A DNA stretch of 35,477 bases. It comes from a virus (taxonomy: Duplodnaviria; Caudoviricetes). Below are positions 34,184 through 35,477 of this stretch, piece by piece. The DNA is taken from IMG/VR virus record IMGVR_UViG_3300025437_000033, positions 1 to 35,477 of that record; one strand, written 5' to 3'. The position numbers and the translations under genes are program-made. The notes below the pieces were generated by a model, which worked only from the letters and a program-made list of their open reading frames with translations, did not search any database and was not told the origin of the DNA. Numbering within the stretch: position 1 is the stretch's first letter; every line of letters starts with the position of its first letter.

Positions 34184-35477
34184 GTGGCCAATACCTCAAT
34201 ACAAATCCTTCGTTCTTATACATCAAATGTTCCAGCAACACTACTTGATGGACAGATGGCGTATTCGTTTTTGGCGAATACACTATACATTGGTGATAAA
34301 AATAACGAGATTATTCCAATTGCTGGTGAATCTTACATTCTCAACCTTGTTCAGGTCAACCAAACACAGAACGTAGAGATTGCGGCTGCTTATGCTCAGG
34401 CCAATGCAGCCACCAATTCAGCACAGTATGCTTATACAAATAGTAATGCTTCTTATATTCAAGCCAATGCTGCTTTCTTACAAGCAAATCAGGCAAATCA
34501 ATATGCCAATTCAGCATATGCTCAAGCCAATTTAACAAACACTTACGCTACTACGGCTTATGCTCAGGCAAACGCAGCAACTAATTCAGCACAAGCAGCC
34601 TTTACAGATGCTAATGCCGCTTTTATTCAAGCAAACGCAGCATTTTTACAAGCAAACATTACAAACACTTATGCTACTAGTGCATATGCTCAAGCCAATG
34701 CGGCTACTGCTTCTGCTCAAGCGGCTTTTATTGATGCTAACGCAGCATTTATTCAGTCCAACGCAGCATTTACACAAGCTAATGCAACTAATACACTAGC
34801 ACAAGGCATTTATGTATTTGCCAATGCTACAAGTAACTTTGCTTATTCTGCATATGCACAGGCAAACGCAGCAACATTCTCTGCTCAAGCGGCATATAAT
34901 AATGCTAACTCAGCAGTATCTCAGATTGCAGCCAATACGGCATATCAAGTAGGTGTTAATACTACACAGAATAACCAAATTATTGCTGTAAACACTTACG
35001 CAACTTCAGGTTACAATCAAGCAAATACTACTACTGCCAATTTGGCGGCTAATATTATTTACTTTCAATCTGTAACCAATACAATCAATGCTAACGTAGT
35101 TGCAGTAAATACATATGCCGCTTCTGCTTATAATCAAGCTAATTTAACTAACACTTATGCTACATCGGCATATGCTCAAGCAAATGCGGCTACCGCATCA
35201 GCACAATCTGGTTACAATCTTGCTAATACAGTTTCAACTACCGCTAATGCAGCTTATCTACAAGCCAATGCTGCAACTGTTTCAGCACAGTCTGGATATA
35301 ATCTAGCCAATACTGTATCAACAACAGCAAATGCTGCCTACTTACAAGCCAATGCGGCAACTAATTCTGCTCAAGCGGCATACAATAATTCAAACAATGC
35401 TTTTGCTGCAGCAAATACCGCTTATTCGTATGCAGTTAGTGCTGGTAATCAAGCAAACATAACTGACACTTATGCTC
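34184..35477 (+). CDS. Long coiled-coil tail fibre, 3'-truncated (absent from the ORF track)
   Basis: GTG at 34184 directly after the TAA, with GGAGG upstream. Reads MANTSIQILRS....P..L.DGQMAYSF....LYIG (fibre N-terminal anchor motif), then AYxQANA heptads, open to the window end. Confidence 0.85.
   Translation, partial: MANTSIQILRSYTSNVPATLLDGQMAYSFLANTLYIGDKNNEIIPIAGESYILNLVQVNQTQNVEIAAAYAQANAATNSAQYAYTNSNASYIQANAAFLQANQANQYANSAYAQANLTNTYATTAYAQANAATNSAQAAFTDANAAFIQANAAFLQANITNTYATSAYAQANAATASAQAAFIDANAAFIQSNAAFTQANATNTLAQGIYVFANATSNFAYSAYAQANAATFSAQAAYNNANSAVSQIAANTAYQVGVNTTQNNQIIAVNTYATSGYNQANTTTANLAANIIYFQSVTNTINANVVAVNTYAASAYNQANLTNTYATSAYAQANAATASAQSGYNLANTVSTTANAAYLQANAATVSAQSGYNLANTVSTTANAAYLQANAATNSAQAAYNNSNNAFAAANTAYSYAVSAGNQANITDTYA
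35177..35344 (+). repeat. 84-nt (28-aa) tandem coding repeat
   Basis: QANAAT(A/V)SAQSGYNLANTVSTTANAAYL twice (35177-35260, 35261-35344). Confidence 0.9.

Noticed and set aside
1181-34799. Numerous 60-114 aa alternative-frame and antisense ORFs in the track (e.g. 1645-1950, 3754-4086, 12097-12423, 28635-28946, 34560-34799)
   Set aside because: They lie inside well-supported genes, show no motifs, and are expected shadows of biased codon usage.
21761-35344. Repeats as a CRISPR array or a DGR template/variable pair
   Set aside because: All are in-frame coding repeats without unique spacers. Differences are synonymous rather than adenine-specific, and no reverse transcriptase or cas gene is present.
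110-35477. Stop-codon reassignment
   Set aside because: Conserved genes are full-length in the standard code, and TAA, TAG and TGA all occur at sensible gene ends.

Overview
A 35.5 kb, AT-rich segment of a large T4-like (Tevenvirinae/cyanomyovirus-type) myophage genome. It opens with a SleB-like cell-wall hydrolase and the late-transcription/replication cluster (gp33, gp59, HAD nucleotidase, gp32). A minus-strand block follows (gp4, gp2, tube-fold gene, gp26, gp51, two paralogous tape-measure-like genes, one carrying a GH24 lysozyme). The rest is a long plus-strand baseplate/fibre operon (gp48, gp53, gp27-like hub, a gp5 split into three genes, a fibre-tip cassette, gp25, gp6, gp7-like, gp8, a 2359-aa virion protein, an S74-chaperone fibre and a truncated coiled-coil fibre). 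The most notable signal is a candidate -1 programmed frameshift (T TTT TTC) that would fuse gp26 to gp51, in tube-chaperone-tape-measure gene order like lambda G/GT. Other signals are the tripartite lysozyme-less gp5 with its own HxH tip, late promoters exactly 4 nt before ATGs (candidate leaderless mRNAs), a repeat-bearing GC-rich element before gp25, and a possible tmRNA 3' end at the window start. All family assignments come from motif recognition by eye; no searches were run.
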